From Eledone cirrhosa (taxonomy: Eukaryota): a stretch of 64,000 nucleotides of DNA. Below are positions 58,238-64,000 of this stretch, piece after piece. Where the stretch lies: the NCBI GenBank assembly GCA_964016885.1, contig OZ024761.1, forward strand, positions 14,074,001 through 14,138,000, in the 5' to 3' direction. The notes under the pieces were generated by a model. The model saw only the letters and a program-made list of their open reading frames with translations, ran no database searches and was not told the origin of the DNA. The position numbers were made by a program, and so were the translations under genes. Position 1 is the first letter of the stretch; each line of letters opens with the position of its first letter.

Positions 58238-58370
58238 GTAGAGGTTATATTTAATTTGTTGGGATACAACAAGCAAATATTTTTATATCTGATATAAAGC
58301 ACTCAACAAATTTTTGAAGTAAAAATACAATATATTAACAAGTGGAAACTATATTTATAAAACCATATTT

Positions 58371-58433
58371 ATTTCATTATACATATTTCAAGGACACCAA
58401 AGCAAATTATGGTGCGCTTTCATCAGATAAAAT
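58371..58433 (-). ncRNA. Type I hammerhead ribozyme (family A)
   Basis: Minus strand: attttat CTGATGA aag c gcacc-loop-ggtgt c ctt GAAA tatgta TA atgaaat. Stem II differs in sequence from the 6610 and 20058 copies but still pairs. Confidence 0.82.
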
Positions 58434-58655
58434 ATAATATAGATCAGTTTTATAAACAAATATTGACATACCCTTAAAGAATGCGACCATGTCGGTTGGA
58501 AGCTCCTGGATAGTGGAGTTACTAATTTTATTATTGCTCTATTATGCAAATTAGTGTCGGAAAGGTTTAAATCCCATACATTTAGATTAAGCCGTTGGAA
58601 TAGGGAAAAAAGAAAAGGAAAAAGAAAACGAAAGAAAACCCTAAGTGAGAGAGTA

Positions 58656-58691
<36 letters not shown>

Positions 58692-61600
58692 ATACATTTA
58701 TGGGTTCATACACACACATATATATATATATATTATGAGGCTGTTTACTGTAAACAAATAGAATATTAATCGGTGGATTGGCAGCATCGGTAGAGGGTCA
58801 GACGCCATGCTTTCGAGCATAGTTACGTCCCTTTACGGTCTGAGTTCAAATCTCGCCGAGGTTAACTTTGCTTTTCATCCTTACGGGGTCGATAAAATAA
58901 AGTACCAGTAATGCACTGGGGATATTTGCTGGCCTTGTGCTAAAAGTAGAAAGTTATTATTTACTCAAGAAAAAAATATATATAAGACTTAACATTTGCC
59001 AAGGTGTTGTTCTCCTGGGTGGCAGAATGAGAGATTTGGCTGCTATTTCTAGCAGATTTATAGTATATCGCCTCTGCAAACGTATTTTTCCCCCTTATTC
59101 CCGATACTCCTCAATACAATTTGAAATTACCAGCGAGTGAGTTAAAACAAATGTAAACTAAAATATTTACACCGGTAACGTAATGAGCGTTACACCGGTT
59201 TTACTGTGACAATCTGTTTGCTATTCCTTTGTGTTAGTATTTAAATACAGTTTGGCTTGTTACTTTCGTAGTACTCGTTAAAATGCTTATAGTATATACA
59301 TTCATATATATACGCCGTATATATACACATACCTTTATTATTAAGCTTTTATTCTTTCTAATGAGACGAAATATGAAAGTGTAAAACTAAAGTATGAAGA
59401 TATAACAACAGTATATAATAGTTTACTTCGTATTCTTCAAATATTTTTAGGGAAAACTGATAGCAACAGAAATATATTTAATATTATACCATGTAATATT
59501 TCAGATAGGATTGTCGTTTCTGTTGTCTTCCACCACAGTAGTAATAATAATAATAGGATGGTCCTTTCTGTTGTCTTCCACCCGGTGATAATTATGTTGT
59601 CGACGTAAAGATAAGTTTAATTTCTTAAGTGAAGTGCAAATCCTTAGGTCGCCCTCTTGGTGGTACATTTATTAGCTTTCATTTTTACACTCCTTGTAAT
59701 AATTCGTACGTTTTTTTAACTTTAGTTGAGACATATATAGAAAAACATTTGTGGCTTTAGTATACCTAGCAGTTTAATTTCGATAGAAAAATACTTACTG
59801 AATATGTGTAACACAATTCTAACCGGAGCTGCTAAGTTTTTAGCCACTAGAAAATATATTTAATAGAAGTTATTTCCAAGTTCTATACACTATGTGAATA
59901 TCCCTTCTACTTTTAATAAGCTTATCGTTGTAGTAATTCTTGTTAAATGTATGTTTTGTCTGGTCTAGTGTCAATAAGTGGCCTTGTTTTGTGATTATTA
60001 ATAAACAAAGTTGTTAAGTGGTCTACTGAATTGACAGGTGCAAATATGGAAGTAAGACTTGTCTAATATGGTCATAATTGTCTTCATTATTCCTTATTTT
60101 TAGTTGAGACATATAGAGAAACACATTTTTAGTTTTAGTATACCTTTAAATTTAATTTCAATAGAAAAATATTTACTGAATATGTGTAACACACTTATAA
60201 CTGGAGCTACTAAGTTCTTAGCCACTTTATACCATTTTATAGTGGTACATTTATTAGCTTTAATTTATTGGATTTTATTACTCTCAATAATGTGAAAACT
60301 GGAGATACCGGTTGAAGCAGAGGTAAACTTAAATAGCTACAGCGGTAACTTAGCTAGTATTACACCGGTATTTCTAAATAGCTACAGCGGTAACTTAGTT
60401 AGTATTACACCGGTATTTCTCAATGATAAACTGTTTAAAATTTGTTCATAAGCAGTAATGATATGTTTTTTGTAGACTGTCTGTTAGAGTATACATACAT
60501 GCATATACATAAATTAATTGTTTATGAGCTTCATTAATCTGTTTATACTCCTCGCAATAATTCCAGCTGTTTGTCCTTCAAGCGAGACGTAGATAGAAAA
60601 ACGTTTGTGGCTTTAGTATTGCTTATTTTAAAGTTTAGTCTAATTGCCGATAACATTGAAATCTGTTTGTTAGGTTGCTTAGACGTACAAACTTTATATC
60701 TGTGTCCCTTCTTTTGGCATTTTCTATGGATTGAATACTTATCTAGACACCCCCAGCCACACATAACAGCTTGAAGCAGAAGTAGGAAAAACAGGTCCTT
60801 GCCTGTAAAAACTAAGATGAGTTATGGACTTGGAAATAGTGAAATATACATTTTCTAACATTTAAAATTACTGTTCAAATGAATAATAAAGAGATATACA
60901 CACACACACCTCTAGTGGAGATATTTCCGAGACAAGAAACCCTATCGATGTATTTTGTCACTGAAAAATTATAGAAAATAATCATGATATATATATAGCA
61001 GGTGGTGCTATTAAGTTAGACATGGCCGAGGCCAATACTGGCCGAAACCTATTAAAGTTATGTTTTTGACGTAAGTAAAATTAAAAGGAATCTATATAAG
61101 CGGTTTCTATACCTACCAGAGCTTATGAAATTGTGAAATAATATTTTATTTTCAATCATGTCAAACATCGTATGTGATTCTTTATTAAAGAAATGCTATA
61201 ATATATTAAATTTGCACAGTAGAATTGCGGCCGCTTGGTGGTCGTGTGGTAAAGCAGTGGTATCTTAGGTAGTGGTTGTGTAGCTAGGTAGTGAAGGTTC
61301 GAGTGGAGGGGGAACTAAAAAGGTGGCTTCGGGATGAACGTGGTCCCGGGTAGCCCAGAAGGTAGAGACCGCTCTTTTAAATTAAAAAAATATATTTTTC
61401 TTAAATTTAAGATAAAGGAGATTGAAACCATATCTCCAATCTATACATACCTAATGCATGCATAGATACAACAGAACTACCCACACGGCCACCTACAGAA
61501 CGACAAATATGAAGTGAAAAATAACATATTTAAAGTTATTTTATTGTTAGACTGAAAATAAGTTCATATATATATATTTTGATCAAAAAATTGGTTAAGT

Positions 61601-62099
61601 CTTTGTGGTGTAGTGGTAAGACATCGAAGTAAGGAGTGCCGTGGTTGGCTTTCGAATCAACTTATAACTTTATTTTTTTAATTCTAAGTTCGAACTTACT
61701 TCATTTCAACACGTAGTCATACCATCTAAAACTTTATTTTTCTCCACCAAGACCTAAGACAGGCAGGAAATAAACTTGTTTCATTTGAACACGTCTTCAT
61801 ACCATTTAAAACTTTATATAGGGATAAGACGAAGACACTGGGTGGTAAACCCCTGATTTTAGTTACCATGAGGTGGAAGTGTGTCAGTTAATTCTAGGGG
61901 TTATTTTTTTTATTATTTTTAATCTGCAGATACACCTTATTATAATACAATGTACACAAGTACACGATACAACAATACAAAAAATACTTTACCAGGACGT
62001 TGTTAGTACACGTCGTTCTGGGATCGATAAAATAATCACCCACCACCAGATTTCCACACTGGAGTTATATGCCATTTTGCCATGATTTATATATATATA

Positions 62100-62173
62100 T
62101 TCCTAAGCCGAAATTCGATTCTCACTAATTTATATATATATAAATTAGCGAGAATCGAATTTCGGCTTAGGAA
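62100..62173. repeat. Near-perfect palindrome centred on (TA)n
   Basis: ttcctaagccgaaattcgattctc.ctaattta / taaattag.gagaatcgaatttcggcttaggaa. Confidence 0.88.
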
Positions 62174-62614
62174 TTAACGAAAAGCAACTTCCGAGATGTG
62201 TGGCAAGCGCTCGATGATTCAGATGAATCAGAACTACAACATACGTTAAGGCCAAACACACTGAGATATATGGTTAAACCAATATATATATATATAGGGA
62301 GGTGGGGCTGATCCATCTCATGTGTACAGGTGCCAATGTCAGAAAGAATTATTTTTATTTTTTTGTTCCATGAAACCGTGCGTTTACTGTACACACACAT
62401 ATGTATGGTTGAAACACTTGCTTAAGGATGGAGGAGGGGTCCTATTTCTAGCAGAGTGATTGACAGACGACAAACATTCAAACACATACATGTGTGTGTG
62501 TGTATATATATATATAGATATATAGATATACATACACACACACCCCAACCCAAACATGTATGTGTGTATATATATATATATCTATATCTATATATATATA
62601 TATAAACACATGTA

Positions 62615-62647
<33 letters not shown>

Positions 62648-64000
62648 GTGTGATATATATTTATATATATATATACATAGGTACATATATAAACACACAT
62701 GTACGTGTGAGTATATATTTCTATATATATATTATACATACGTACATATATAAACACACACATGTACGTGTGCGTATATATACGAGTGTGATATATATTT
62801 ATATATATATGTATGTGTGTGTATATATTTATATATATATATATACACGTGTGTGTGTGTTTGGTTTGGGGGTGAAGGAACAGTGCCCATGGCCTTCACA
62901 GATCTTCCGAAGCTAGAGAGATCGATGATATTAATGTTGTATTGTTGGAAGCCTGCTTTTTATAGAAAGACATAAACAGAGAGTACCATGGAGTCGACAT
63001 TGTCGGCAGAAAGGACTGGACATCATAGTGATAAGTGTGGGGTCTGTAGAGTTAGACAGACTGTTGGGTGATAAGAGAAACGAGTGTTATAGAGGAGGGG
63101 CTGTCATGAGAGCAGTAAGCTCCAAACAGATGAAATCAGTAATGGAGATGCAAGCCTAGCTATGTTGATATATATAACAAACATGTTCTATAAATCTAAC
63201 AAGTCAAACTACAGTTATACTCAAACTCAGTAGACAGATAAAACTTTACCTCTATCATGCACGTCGTATCCAGTGTGTTGTTATAAGAAAACCGGTGTCA
63301 CACTAAATATGCCACCTGTATAGCGATTTTTTATTCGCTCTGCTTTATTGTTCAGATTTTGGGGAGGTAGGATTAAGTCACTATAAATTCCACTGGGGGT
63401 CAGTTTAAATATTGATTACATGTGAAAAATACACACACACACACATATATATATATGTAGATATATATATATATCACGTATATGTATGTTAAAATAAATA
63501 ATGAATATTTGTGTCTAAAAGAGCGTGTATATGTTAAATTCAATGCATGTATAACAACACAAACTATTGTAATAAAAACGTAAACAATGAAAAGAAAGCC
63601 GTTAATCTCTTTGTACATAGAAAACCATTAAATTATGTATATGTATGTACTGCGTGTACATCGTCTAACAAAGCCGGGACCTAAAAGAACCCATTACCGC
63701 TAGGAGCTAATGTTAAACAGTTTCTGCTTGAGAAATTCAGGTGTAATACTAGCTAACTTACCGGTGTAGCTATTTATATTTACCCGTTCCTAAGATCACT
63801 TCCTGGTAATCTTAAACCGTGTTCAGATTTTTGGTATTAATAAAAACGTGGTAGTCTTTAAACCTGCTAGAAATAGCAGCCGAACACCTCCCCTCTCGTC
63901 ATGATTCAATTTAAAGAACAACACAAACGATATATTCTTAGATAAGAAACATAAACTCATTGGTTAGAAATAGCAGGCCAAATTTCCCTCGGGTTATGAG

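Overview
AT-rich, repeat-saturated animal genomic DNA. The SINE/RTE/CR1/Penelope repeat complement and the syntaxin sequence suggest an octopod cephalopod (inference). The only host gene is the 3' half of a syntaxin-1 gene on the + strand: four coding exons at 13683-13756, 17089-17226, 19301-19411 and 31445-31519, with a GC-AG intron after the first. The rest is tRNA-derived SINEs, RTE/CR1 LINE pieces, Tc1/mariner relics, MITEs, minisatellites, over 15 kb of (TA)n-derived sequence and one 200-N gap. Two less obvious layers stand out. (1) About 15 fold-back insertions related to Penelope-like elements (PLEs) sit mostly in (TA)n tracts. These PLE-related inserts carry at least nine recognisable minimal type I hammerhead ribozymes from four families; three lie on the sense strand of syntaxin introns and two belong to a 470-nt retrozyme-like unit. 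(2) Two retroelement copies (49231-49364 and 50521-50696) show dense, strand-specific A-to-G hypermutation with an ADAR-like pattern. They look like A-to-I edited RNA that was reverse-transcribed and fixed in the genome; in one case the changes destroy a hammerhead core. Almost all long ORFs in the supplied track are microsatellite artefacts. All alignments and counts were done by eye.
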